Assembly: GCA_028023455.1 (NCBI GenBank)
Contig: JAQFVV010000003.1
Span: 62,001-126,000 of the forward strand
DNA from: Epiperipatus broadwayi
Lineage: Eukaryota; Animalia; Onychophora
Reading direction: 5' to 3'
Length of the DNA stretch: 64,000 bases
The notes beneath the pieces are model-generated. The model saw only the letters and a list, made by a program, of their open reading frames with translations. It made no database searches and was not told the origin of the DNA. Shown here piece after piece: positions 37,274 through 50,721 of this stretch. A program made the translations under genes and the position numbers. Position 1 is the stretch's first letter. Each line of letters opens with the position of its first letter.

Positions 37274-40214
37274 AATATTTTCTTGGATTAATTATAATGT
37301 GAAAAAAAAAGGAGATATTTCCATGTAATAATTAAAAAAATGTGTTAGTAGTAGTTTTGCTAATTAACTATTAATTGCTATTGACAGCCTTTAAGCTAAA
37401 CTACTCACTTTAATAGTACATAATAATTTTTTTGCCTTGGGTTTACTTTTATTTGTACAAAAAAAAAACTATTCTATACTATTAGACCAAATTATTTAAC
37501 TTAATGGCTGTCAAGACTTGCCAGTATGAATTAATAGTTACCTAACAACTTTACTGTTAACATATTTCTCCAGACATTACATAAAATATTCCCCACTAAT
37601 TCCTTTATATTAAATGCATATTTTCATGGTAAAAGATGTTATTTCTCTGCAAGAATTCTGATATTGAATGAATTCTTTTATCTTAAGATATCTGGAGGAA
37701 TTTAATTAAGATATCAATTTAATGGTAATGTTATCTAGCAGCAAATGTATACTCATACATATCCAAAATATACATTCCCACAAATTCAGAGTTTTTGAGT
37801 CAATTGAAAAAATATATGGGTAAGTTTCAAGTATTTTTACAAATAACTTTTCTCTCAGCTGAGTCTGAAAATATTTAAATTATATAGTTGCTTGTATTAA
37901 AGTAGCAATTATTCATTCTATTTTGTAATGTTTTTTTTGTACATTTTCAAAGAATGATATATCTTATCACAGATATGTTCTTTATATAGTGTGATATTTT
38001 TGGGCAGTTTTCTTTCCAATAATGGTAATAATGGAAAAGTTACAAATATTTCTGTACATTAGCTTTTCTTTTTATTTTTGAATATTTTTCCTCTGGTTAA
38101 TTTTACAAATCACCATTTTCCTAATAATATGGCTTATTATATGTTAGTCTTTTAGAGCAGTATTGACAAATGATCTAGGATTATGGTACATTGTACTATG
38201 TCTGTATATTTTTTTAAAATTATTTAAATTATGGGATGGTATAAACTGCCAACATGACCATAAACAATCAGGTGTTTAATAATTTTAGTTAACTTGATGA
38301 ATAATGGTTATTTTCAAAATACATGCTTATTAAGAGAGGGTGGCTGAGTTTCTGCTGTAAATGGTCACATACAATGTAGATGGCATTGAGGAATGTATTT
38401 ATACAAATTGAAATAAAATCTTGAAAATGTTTAAATTATGTTTAAACTTTTCTTTTTTCATAAATCCTTTGTTCAGGTTTTTAATATATGTAAAAATATG
38501 ATAAAAGCATGTCTAACAGGTAATCTTGGTAATAAAATTAAAAAATAGTTTGAAAAAGATAAACTACAAACGTAGCATTTATTAGAGTCAAGTTGTTCTT
38601 TTATCAATGGTGAATCCATGTACTAACTTTAATTTGAACAACTTAGATTAACTTGAAACTTTTACTCTCTCCATTTTATATTATTTGGATAATCTTTTAT
38701 TAATTAATTCTGAATGGATTGACAGTTCTTATATAAAAGAGGCTATTGGGTGGGTTATTACTTTGTAGTAAATATTTAAATGTTATTTAACTTTTACTTA
38801 CTAATATCTTTGATTAGGACATCTAATAAATTAGCTTTAAAAAATAGCAGGTTGCACAGCAAATCATTTTATTTAGTTAAATAAAACAAATGACAATAAT
38901 TTTGCACATGAATATCCTAAACATTATGGTGTGTGGGAATAATTGATATGAGGGAATCGTTGTACTTGACACGATATATGCCAAATATAGCAATACCCAA
39001 TTGAATGTTGGCTATAAATAATATAATGTATTATAAATAATATAAGAAAATGTTAGTTACTTGTCACTAAACTTTCAATATAACTAGAACAATTTTTTTT
39101 ATAAAAGGTTTTTGTTTTTTTTTAAAAAAAAAAGTAATAAAGTTAACAGCCAAAATGATTGACTAAATTCATTCTTTAATGCTTGGACTTTGATTTTAGA
39201 CTCGTTAAATTTAATATTGATTTTAGAATTTAATTCAGCTATCAAATTAGCTTTTAATTCTTTAATTATTAATATATTAATCATATAATATAAAATATTA
39301 TATTATAATATGTATTAGATTATAAATTCCTATATTATATTATAATATGATACATCGTAAGCTTTTTTTTTTAAAAAAAAGTAGTAATAAAGTTAACAGC
39401 CAAGATGACGATATTTTCATAAAAAAACATCAATATCCAAAAACTTCCTATCATTTTGTAAATTTACCATTTGTTTACAGGAACATTGGATTCAATTAAA
39501 ATAATATTTTTATTTATTTTTTAAACTTTTTAAAAAATTATGCAAATATGTGAACACCAATTTTGGAATCAAATTATATCTATATTTTGGAATTCAACTT
39601 TGAGAGAAATTAATATTTCTGTAATTTAAAATATAAAGGCTTTTTATAACAAAAAAAAAATGTATAAAGTTAATATTGATTAGATTCAACTTGAACTTTT
39701 AGTAAACAAAAATGTGCAGTTTAAATCTATATTTATTTATTTACATTATAAACCAATCTGATTGATCTGAAACATTTTTAAAATAAAACAAAATTGCACT
39801 CAGTTAACATGAAAATAAAGTCATTACAATGTACGACTGTTGGTTTAGCATCAAACATACAAACTATATGTGCAAGACATAAAGTGTTTGAATTTCAAGC
39901 TATTTATTAGTTTGAATAGTATATAAAAAAGTTTCTGATGTGTAGCAACATAGCTGGAACTAGTCTGGGAATTTGAATGCTAATTGATTATTTAAGCTTA
40001 CAATAGATTAGTCTTAAGTGGAATATTTACGCTAAATTACAGATGCTAATGCAGATTTGAAAATTAAATGGAAATCATTTATACTTTGATCTTCAAACAA
40101 AGAGTGAGTCACTGTCCATCCTAAAAATAAAGGTGGGATGATTGTGTTAGGATTTTTGAGTGTTATAGTGGCAAGGAATGGGATGAAAGAATAGATACAT
40201 AAATAAAGAATAAG

Positions 40215-40810
40215 GAGTTGGGGAGATGGAGATCTAAGATGGAGAGTAAAAAGAGTTTAAATATATAGAGAAATAAACAGAACATTGAGTGAGAGTTAAT
40301 TTATGATAATAACAAGGAAATCAGTTTATTATTTAAAGCTCAAATGGAATCTTGAGCAACAAGAAAATATACATGTAAATGGTAAAATATGAGTGATTTA
40401 GTCTGCAAATTGTGTAAGGAAGACATAGAAAATATTAGGCATTTGTTAATTGAATGTAAATGTTGGAAGCAGAAAGAGTACAAATAATGAAGTTATGGAA
40501 GAAAAAATATGAACAAAGAGATTATACAGAAAGTGGGTTATTGGTTTTATGCTGGGTTTGGAAAAAGATAAGGGGGATTTAGATATAAAGGCCATAGAGT
40601 TGACAAAGATTATGTTGTGGAAATGGAATGGAGCAGATTGTGGGACACTTAGGGTGGGGAATGGAAAGGGAATGTAAAGTGGCTAACAGGTTTCTCTGGG
40701 CATATTGTTGAGAGATTCCTGACTCTGTTTAAGAAAAAGTTACAGTGTATCACATCATATCACAAAACTGTAAAGAGGTCATTTTGTATAAATGTTGACC
40801 TCTGGTGATC
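40215..40810 (+). mobile_element. Degenerate LINE 3' end (ORF2 C-terminal CCHC knuckle)
   Basis: WRSKMESKKSL...NKQNIE*ELIYDNNKEISLLFKAQ...TRKY...SDLVCKLCKEDIENIRHLLIEC, followed by an (AAT)n tail. Clade not assigned. Confidence 0.65.
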
Positions 40811-40811
40811 A

Positions 40812-40924
<113 letters not shown>

Positions 40925-41976
40925 TATGTCCACTGATTTCATTAGAATGCAACTAAGATGCTAAGATTTATTTCTAAATGTTAGTTTATTTTTTTAGAGA
41001 AGATACCAATATGATTCTTACCAAAAAAAAAATTGGCAGTCAAGAGAGACACAGGATTTTGATTGCACTCCCATTTAGTCTCTATTCAGTAAGAAAACAA
41101 GAGGTTATATATGTGTAGTGTAAGTTGACAAAATCATATGATGCATAAATGTTAATGCTTGCTATTTATTTACCAAAGAAATATATAATATTTAAAGTAA
41201 TAGCACATAATTGGAGTTCGACTTCTGATCTAATAATATCAAAGAAATATATGCATAATACTGAAATCTAAATTTTTGGTTTCATGTGGAAATCTCTATA
41301 ATATTTTTCAAATTTTACTACATTAACTAAATATAAAAGTTATCATATGTATATAAAAGGAAAAATTGTATAATAAATCAAATATTTCTGATTAAATGTC
41401 ATCAAAATAAACAAATGATTTATAGTTTGGAAGGTCATAAAAAGTTTAAGCATCAGAAGTCATAAAGCTAAAGTTTGTGATCTATGAACCTTAGTTAAAG
41501 AATGTATTATTCTATCACTGCACTAACATTATTGAAAGAGAATAATATCAATAGTCACTTTATTGAGATTTAAAATTAATTTGATTAATCAGAGGCTTTA
41601 CAGGATATTTTGAAGAAATAATGTGCAGATTTAGAAACATAACATTATAACTATTTATTTTATGATTTTTTTTGACTCATATGCAAATTTTTAAAGAAAA
41701 AATAGAAATAGAAATATTCATATAGAAAAGGTCTAATTCATATCTTACTATGATTAGTAATTGTTTAGGTAAAGAGTGAAATGAGGTCTGAACTAGCATT
41801 TAATGCAAAAGGATTTATTGCATCAAACAGTAGTCAAGAGCTAAATTAAATAAAAAGCAGACATAAAATATGTAAACATTTTTGGCTAAAATAATTATTG
41901 TAAATATACTAACAATATATCTTATTAAATAATCACAGCCTTCTTACACCTTTAAATAAATAATTTTTATTAATAT

Positions 41977-42016
41977 AATAACTGTTTCAACTGTTTCCGG
42001 CAGTCTTCTTCAGATC
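41977..42016 (-). ncRNA. Minimal hammerhead motif, family D
   Basis: Minus strand: gat CTGAAGA a GACTG ccggaaa CAGTT GAAA CAGT T att. Stem II is GACTG/CAGT(C>T). Stems I and III are very short. Confidence 0.55.
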
Positions 42017-42189
42017 TAATCTATTGCTCTACCTTTCCTTTTACATCATTTAAATAAAATGATGGAAAAGGAAAGGTAGAGCAATAGATTGAGATCTAAA
42101 GAAGATTGCCAGGAACAATCAAACAGTTGTTACATTAATAAAAATTATTTGTTTAAATGGTGGAAAAGAAAAGATAGAGTAATAGATTG

Positions 42190-42230
42190 AGATCTGAAGA
42201 AAACTTCTGGAAACAGTAGAAACTGTTATT
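42190..42230 (+). ncRNA. Minimal hammerhead motif, family D (decayed stem II)
   Basis: agat CTGAAGA(42194-42200) aaacttctggaaacagta GAAA(42219-42222) CTGT T att. The upstream tandem copy (42092-42131) has CTAAAGA. Confidence 0.45.
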
Positions 42231-42299
42231 ATATTAATAAAAATTATTTGCTTAAAGGTGTAAGAAGACTGTGATTATTTAATAAATATATTGTTGTAT

Positions 42300-43960
42300 A
42301 TGAATAAGCAAAATTACTGAAGAAGAAGAAGTATATATAGAATTATATAAACATACTAAAGCAATGAAAAAGAAAAAAAAAGGTAAAATAAAAATAGAAA
42401 TTGAAGAAAAGGCCATACAAAAAGTTAATGCTTTTAAATAATTAAAAACAACTGTGGATGTAAATGTTGGAAGCAAAAAAAATGAAATAAAATAAAAACT
42501 TCTATGTTTATCCAAAATTTAATAAAAACTATTAAAGATAGATCTTAAAATTAAAGTTTGATAACAAATAATATGGAATCTAGAAGAACTAAAAATAAAA
42601 GATTTAGGAATATCTTATAGGAAAAAAATAGATAAAGAATTAATTTAATTGCATAATATTTGGAATATAAAAATACCAAAAGAAATTTGAATAAAGATAT
42701 TATTTTTAATACTAATTTAAAAAAAAGGTCTACTTTCCAGTTAAAGAAGTTAAAAATTAAAGAAAAGAGAAAATTCACAACAATTAAATATTACACAAAG
42801 AATTAGAGGAGTAATAACAAAATATTTATGTGACAGAAGAAAGAAAAAAAGATTAAGTAAAATGTGAAAGTATGATGTATTAAAATGAAAAGTGTTAAGA
42901 ATAATATTAAAAAAAGCAAAATGATTAATAAGAAGAAATTAGAGAAGAAAGACAAAAAGAATGATAATCTTGTTAGTATTCATAGATAAATTGATAATCA
43001 CCAACATAGAAAAGATAAGAAAATATTAAAAGATTTAAAACATAAATCATTGATTAATTAAATTATTCTGTTTGGATGCTATCTAATATCTAAAAACTGA
43101 AGTGCTATGATTCACACCAAATAAGAGAATGGTATTTAAACAAAGATCACATTTAAGCATTATATTAATAACAAAAATGTTTGAAGGAAAGTAAATTGCT
43201 GGTCTTAGAGAACTACATTTTTTAAAAAAACAATTTTTTTCTTGGAAGACATAATTATGCCAAAAAAAGAAAAAATCATTGGAAAAGAAAAAATTGAAAA
43301 TTTATAGATTACATAAAATATAATGAATTAAACAATTTAGACATATAAAAAATACAATGGCTAAAGTGGAAAAAACTTTAAAGAGTGAAAAAAAAAAGAA
43401 AGTCATCATGAAAAAAGACAACTATGAGTTTTTAAAAAGATAGCAGAAAATAAGAAGCATTAATATTGGTAATCCATTCTAAATATTCTGCTTTGGAGAT
43501 AACTATTATAAGATTGAGGAACCTATGAAACATTAGTTGCTACATTAAATCATTAGAGTGTTTTCAGTTTCTGGTCATTGTTTTTTTTTTTTTTGTTTTT
43601 TTATTAATAAAGAGCATTAAACAACAAGAGCTGTTGTCCTTATTTTTTTAATTTTATCTAAGCTAATGGTGTGAGATTTAAAAACTTTAAACTTTCAACA
43701 TAAGCTAAATTGCTAATATATTTGTATAGACATTGAGCTTAACAGATAAAGGCTAATCATCAAAGAGTAGTCTAAATATTTGCATGTCTCCTGGTTACTC
43801 AGACTAAAAATAAATGACTTAAAACAGATTGAATTATTTCTGCTAATGCTGATGTTGAAAATAATTGGAAAATTATGTCTAGTCATGTGATATTTTGTTT
43901 ATTGGAAGGATTGTCTAAGATATATTATGGGAACTGATTTTGGAAAGATAAACAATGATA
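42300..43960 (+). mobile_element. Several highly decayed RTE-like LINE fragments
   Basis: KIEIEEKAIQKVNAFK*LKTTVD (IExVxxFKYLG-like, ~42390-42460), IWNLEELK (~42570-42595), and RAVVL..Y...W plus SHV...R.SK.YGEL..GK-like remnants (~43630-43950). Confidence 0.4.
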
Positions 43961-45234
43961 ATGTATAAAAATGTCAGATATATAACTTTTTATTTTTATT
44001 TGTAAAAGTAAAGACAACATACATTAGTAAAATTCTTAATCAAAGGAATGACTTGAAAGATTGAAGGTGACATGTTAAAGCTATTTTGGAATTTTGTAAA
44101 GCAGAACAGAATGACAAATAGCATAAGTCTCAAAGCAAAGACAATTAATACCCTTTTGTATTATAATGACATTTATCTAAAAAATAAAAAAGTCAAGCCT
44201 TTATAACTCCATGACATGATAATATTAATTATAAAAAAGTGATTAGAAATCTGCATCTATTTATATAAAGGTGTGACATAGAAAGTGTTTTATTTTTAAA
44301 GTAAGCTTTAATTTCTGTGCAACTATAGGTAGCCAGATTAGAATATCATCTAATGTCTGATATGGTGCTTTATTTTTCAAACAAGTGCGCATAATTACAA
44401 ACTTTGACTCCATTTGTAACATTATGAAAATGTCAATTCTTTGCTTCTTTAATATAGGATTAATATTTTTTTTTTTCAAATTTAAACTTATGATTTAAAA
44501 TAACTGTCTCAATGGCTGAGTCAAATTCAATACTGTTCTGGTATGCCTTTTTATTTCTAGATGTAAGAATGAAAGCTCAATTTCTATAAGAATATTAAAA
44601 TGTTTTTTTTTTTTACAATCAAAATGACTAATTAAATTATATTTCTGGCATATTTTAGTAAAAATAAAAAAGATAATAAAAATGAAAACTATTGAAAATG
44701 TTTCTAGTTTTAATTCCCATAAACAATATAGTATTTAATAAACAAAACTACATATACTTTTTTTATTCTTAGTATAAACATTAGCGACAATAATTATTTT
44801 ATTTACTCTTCTCCAGAGCTCTTAATTGTATGATTAAAAAATAAACTTGAAATGTCAGTACTGTATCTGCATTTATTGATTTATTTCTGACTTACCGTTT
44901 TCAATGATTTGCCTCTATACTTTCAGCAAATACTTTTACTTTTTATACTAGTCAAACTAATAATGCAAGATTCAAAGCCGGCCTAAGATTTTGAATCACA
45001 GCTAATTCGCTCATATAGTTTTATAGGTTTGATATTAAGCCTGATATGATATATTTTTAATTATCACAATTCTATGCTATAATTATAGATATTTTTGATC
45101 CTTTAATAAAGCTTTTATAAACAACACATTACGTGACATCTCTTGGTTTATTTTCACCATCAACATTATAGTTGAAATACACAGGCTTATATATATACCT
45201 GTGTCTACATATGTAATAGACAGGGTATGAGCAC

Positions 45235-45530
45235 AGACTTTCACATAACCCACCACTCTCCACACTATCTCATAACACTGATACACCCGAACACACATAT
45301 GTCGAAAAGATAAATAATCACCAATATACGTATTTCATGCTAAACCAGCAATCATCAGTTGGTCCAGATTACATCTCTACACATATATGCTAAAAGTGCT
45401 CAGATATATATTAAGATAGCAAATCCTCCTACTTTAATGGACAGGCTTCAATCTACTCCACACTCCAATTTTTCAACTGTCCATCCAATTGAAAATCTGA
45501 CGATGGAACGCTCAAAGGCCACCCTGAGGC
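45235..45530 (-). mobile_element. Family A element, single (unpaired) copy
   Basis: Colinear with the left arms at ~2420-2720 and ~31945-32130, and it includes the internal segment ttaatggacaggcttca...ccatcc...gaaaatctgacgatgg. Confidence 0.75.
45320..45363 (-). ncRNA. Type I hammerhead motif, family A (core boxes intact, 10.1-11.1 pair lost)
   Basis: Minus strand: ACCAA CTGATGA tTGCT ggttt AGCAt GAAA T ACGT A T A TTGGT. Stem I is perfect and stem III is the palindrome ATACGTAT. Confidence 0.75.
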
Positions 45531-47388
45531 CGAGATTATTGTCACACCCATGTTGACCAAAGGCCAATCTGACCCCTCATGTACAGCACATAATCCATTA
45601 AATACATATACAAGGGATAGGCAGACATCTCTAATATGTAATAGTTGAAAAGTATCCTAAATCCACTCATGCCCGAGATACACAGGTCAGGAGCAATCAT
45701 GAATTCTGCCCTATTTACTTTTCTCTAAAACTATAACATTATAAACAACACTTCTGATGATAACATGAAATTTTATTCATTCTGGTCCCTGAGACACAGC
45801 AGAGAAACATGAGATCTACAGGGTAATTAGCATACATAAATAATGTTTAAACTTGGCTCAATCAAATATCTTATGTGAAGGGACAATTTATAAATTTTAA
45901 AAATTATAAAAATTATCTCTATTTTCTGTTATATAGAGTTATTAATAAGTAAGATTTTTGATAATACTATTTTGTATCTAGTTTAAATCAGCAATCTAAT
46001 TACTACTGCAAACGATTAATAAATTAATCAACATTACATTTATTATAAGTACAGTATATAATTAGTCTATTTCTACTACAGATGTTCAATTCTTGCTAAA
46101 ATTATGAAAGCATTGGAAATATATATATATGCAGTATTTATGCTTAAAAACATTTACAGTAACTCTGCTAAAATAATGACAGCCACACTTAATAGTTTAA
46201 AAAAAAATTCAAAAATCAAAACATAAAGTCAAAAACCCTGGCAATTAATTATTTGATATCCTGTGAACAATTCAAAATTTAAATGGAGACAAAATCCTGT
46301 TTAACAGTTCTTTTAGTTATGATGATCCATTGCTTACAATAAGCTGTATGAATAATTACAATGAAGAGATTGACATAAATTTCATAAAATTAAAATTATT
46401 TAATCCCTTGTGCATCTTAGATATTTAAAATATATATTAGAATATTACTATATTAGAATACAAAGTTTTATATTTAAGTAGCATATATATGTACCATGTC
46501 AATAATCTGGCTTGATAAAATTTTTAAAAAATTCAATTTGTTTAACTTTTTTCACTTAGGTAAATAAATTACAGCTAACCCAGTTAATCATTCAGTATTG
46601 TCGATTAAATGTATGTCTATCTATTTTAGGCTAAAATATAAAACAAATTTTTTTTGCAAGCATGAGTTATCAATGACGAATACAAGATACTTCAGAATAG
46701 ACCCCCACATTAGTTTCTGGTTATTACATTTTTTTATAAGAGCATTTTTTAATCTTACAACTATTTGATAGCCATATTTTATATATATGCAATTTAAGCT
46801 AATGCTTTTACAAGTTTAAACAATCCAAGAGTTTAAATTCATCATAACTTATTTGTTTAGTTATATAAATCTGATTGCAATTTGTGTATAATTTATTATA
46901 AACTAACTATAAATAAGATTGAAAATACTATGATGTAAAAGAAAAATATTCAAGTTAAATGTAGATTAAAATGTTACTCTGTTTTGGTTATATCAATTGT
47001 TTGCTATGAAATCAAAAATTATTTAAATTAGCTTATATCCAGGATTTAATAAAAGTGTTATTATTTATCTGTATAGGTTATTTTTCTATCGCAAACAATA
47101 TTAGAACTTGTAAAAACTCCTGTCAATCAAATAAAATGAGTCTTACTTGGCTGAGAAATCAAGAACTGATATGGAAAACAAATTTAGATAATGCTAATAG
47201 AGAATAAAATTTTACTCATAGTAGATTTAAAAAGGTATTTATTTTATTCTATATTTATAATATTATAAATATAAAAGTAGATAGCTAAGTAATTGGATAG
47301 ATCGACAGATATATATAGATAGGTAGATGGGTGGTAGATAAATAGGTAGATAGTTGTATTAGATTGTATACCTAAAAATGGAGTAACT

Positions 47389-47421
<33 letters not shown>

Positions 47422-48503
47422 CAAATGGATCCATAAATAATATATTAGTTTGAAATCACATCAAATCATCAAATGTTATTTATAAATTACACATAATTTA
47501 TCTGTTAGTACATTGATAAAAACATCAATTAATCTCTGGAAACCTATGTTTTGGACTCAATCATCCTTGTTCAGCTGCCATGTAGGAAGATTAATCTTCA
47601 TAACAAATTTAAAAATTTCAAACTTTAATATCAAATGGATTATATTATTAATATTTAAATAAATTGCAGTTGCTATGCTTTTGATTCAAAGTCTTTGGTT
47701 ATAGCAGTTGAACAAGGATGAATGAATCTGAAATGAACATCTTGCATGAATTGCTTTTGTTTATTAATATAGCAATTAAAAACATTATATGATTCGAAGA
47801 TGTCACATTGAAGATTTATATCACATTATTTTAATATATTGCTGTAATATACACCTCTTGTTGAGCAATCACATTATCTACTTGTCAATGTGGTGATATA
47901 ATATCCACATATCCACAGTTTTATGGTACACAGTTGATATAAATCATGTTTGAGATTACCAGATTTATTCAAATATGTGAGAAAGATTATAGGATAGAAT
48001 CCAGATTTTAATTTCTTTTAACCAAAATTTTATTTGTTTTATGAAAATATCTCCTTAATTTTTTTGGATTTTAATAGAAATCTTTAGAGCATAATAACCA
48101 GATTCTGATAACTAGATGTTTATGTATACTTTAGGAATGTATTATCCAAAAGAAAATGTATATTTGGAAATAAAGACAATATTTGATAGAAAACTTTAAT
48201 TCAGTAAAAGTTTAACATTATGTAGCAGATATAAAATTAACAACATGATAAATGTGATTTATCACAAAATAAATATTGATGTCAACATCTTCTGAAAGAA
48301 CTATACACATGTATCATTTTGCCACACAAATTACTGGTAAGAAAAAATAGCTACATATGTGATTAAATTTATTTTATTGCTTGAAAGTTTATAAGATATG
48401 TGTGTGCTACACATTGATTTCATAATTTAAATCAAAGTGCAGTTTACATAGGTATTTATATAATAATAAAAATAGCCTTACAGATATAATGTATATACTA
48501 TAG

Positions 48504-50721
48504 TGTAACGAGCACAGACGTTCGTTACATTGTTGTTGTTTTTTATTTATTAAACATGAAAGTAAATTAAAAAGTTCGCATTTAAAAATTTTCTTTTAGA
48601 ATTAAAAATTGAAATTAAATATCATCTTAAACTCTTATATATTAAATCGCACAGATATAAAAAATTATTAAAATAAAACTGTATTAAAAATAGAAAAGGT
48701 ATTTTAAAAACAAAAACTTAAAAAGATTTGGAGATAAAATTATATCTTTAAATTTATCTTTAAATATATCTTTGATTTGGAAAACAGGTTAATTAATCAG
48801 AAATGGAAATGATAAATTTAATTAGTCAAATGTAAACCAGCCTTGGGCATTTAAATGTAAAAATACCGGTCAGATAGGAAAACAATAGAAACTGTTAGCA
48901 AATAAGAAGAAATCCCTATGGAATCGGACCGCAGCGAAAGGACCATCGCATCGGTGACGTAATGTAAATTCAATCCTTCACATTAATATAAAAGGAAAAT
49001 TTGGAAATTATTAATCAGTGACTAGTGAATGATTATTACGATGTGAGAGAGATGTGTTAGTGCGGAAGTGAAGGAGAAGGGATTGAAAAAAGACGCACGA
49101 TTCAATCCCTTCAGCTTTGCTAAGAAAGAAAAAGAAATGAACTATCGTTTCCTACATTGAGGACCAATTAAACTAAAAAAACCTCCGAATGAATAAATAA
49201 AACAACGGCTAAATGGATACCAATCTTAGGACGGCGTGGGAATTCACGTTCATGGCAAGCAACGGATAAAGATGAACTTTTTAAACCGTAAGAACTTTAT
49301 AAATAATGAACATTAAATTAAAATTTTCCATATTTAAATGATTGCAATATTATCCTATCTGACCAACTTAATTTATTAATAATGTTATTTGATGTATTTT
49401 TTATTTATTTATTTAAAATCATTTCCATTTATTTAATTTTGTTCTTTAAGTTTTATTATGATTTCTGTTTTCCGTTAAGTTAAATTATATAAATGTTAAA
49501 CTTAAGTCGGGCGTGAATGGCTGTATAGATTTGTAAAGTTATATTAGGGGAGGGTAATCTTAGGTTATTTGTTTCGTGGTTAAATTGGGTCAATGGATTG
49601 GATATATTGGTGTGATTAGTAGATGTAATATTGATTCGCTACGGGCAGAATCGCTTCATACGCCGCACACTTCCGTTTGCCTATGGAAGGAATTATAAGT
49701 CGGATACCGCAGTTCCTTTCTATGGAGTTTTTTGTTTTATTGCTCTTCTTTAGAGATAGATGTAATATTCCTATCTCATAAGAGGCAATTTCTTCTTTTA
49801 ACCTTTTGTGCTGTCGTATTTTATTACATTGAATACATCGATATATCAGATGAATTGATGCCAGTTTGACTACGAATTTTAGCCTAAGGTTAAATAGGGA
49901 TAGAATGTTTATTTTCAAAAGCAAATTTATGTGGTCTATTCATACTCGATCCTAAATAAAAATGCATTAAATTTAAGTTGTTTATAGACGCTTGCATGGA
50001 TTGTTTATTGGTTAACTATGTTTTGCGTTTCCATATTTGATCAAAATATATAGACATTCGATAAATAATGATACCTTACGGTGAGTATCTAAAATGTATT
50101 TATTCGGATGTCTTTTAAGTTATTGGTGACAATGCAAGTATCTTATGGTGAATACTATTGGGTTACGTATAAATTTCCCTCCGCAATTGTCAGTAATCAA
50201 TGATTTTATATTTTGATCGTTTATGTTTATTTTGAAATGTTTTTAACCGTGTAATCTATGTAACCGATCTATAGCAACATATTAAAACAAGCTTCTATAA
50301 TCCCATCTGTGCGAACTTAATTAAAATGTAAAATTAGAATATAATAGTAATTAAATGTAAATTAAAGTCAAAAATCAAAGTTAAAAAGAATGTTAAAAAT
50401 TAAAATGTAAAACTAATACTAAAATAATTTTAAATCTTATATATATGTGCATAAATAAATGTTTGTATGTTAATTACTGGCAGTGGCTTATTTTATTCCT
50501 TTTTTTATATATACTCTTAGATTATCTTATTAAATCTCTGCTATTCCACTGAGCTAGTGACATGGGCTAACGACCGGAATCAAAATTTAAAAAAAAAAAA
50601 AAAATTTTTTTTTTTTTTTGACTTACGTATCTGCCTACTTTATAAATTTTTCTAGGTTCAAATGCCTAGATGGCGCCCCGTAGTGCAGATTACTTAAGTC
50701 GCATTTTTCCGGATCGTTACA
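48504..50721 (+). mobile_element. ~2.2-kb solo-LTR-like element, copy 2
   Basis: TGTAACGA...TCGTTACA termini, with 4-bp TSD ATAG (48500-48503 / 50722-50725). Homologous to 4356-6581. Confidence 0.8.
48955..49019 (+). promoter_or_regulatory. Core promoter in LTR copy 2 (TGACGTAA, TATAAAA, TCAGT)
   Basis: Motifs at 48955-48962, 48987-48993 and 49015-49019, with the same spacing as copy 1. Confidence 0.6.

Larger units (their letters stand above)
41922..42285. mobile_element. Family D hammerhead-bearing element: one inverted copy plus two tandem ~98-bp copies
   Basis: 41922-42052 is inverted relative to 42057-42285. Plus-strand units start at ~42057 and ~42155 (aaatg.tggaaaag...aatagattgagatct.aaga...). 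Confidence 0.75.

Noticed and set aside
45490-45520. Second, opposite-strand hammerhead in family A (CTGACGATGG..., also CTGATGATGG at ~2683)
   Set aside because: Neither copy has a GAAA box or a consistent stem II/I, so it cannot be supported without a family consensus.
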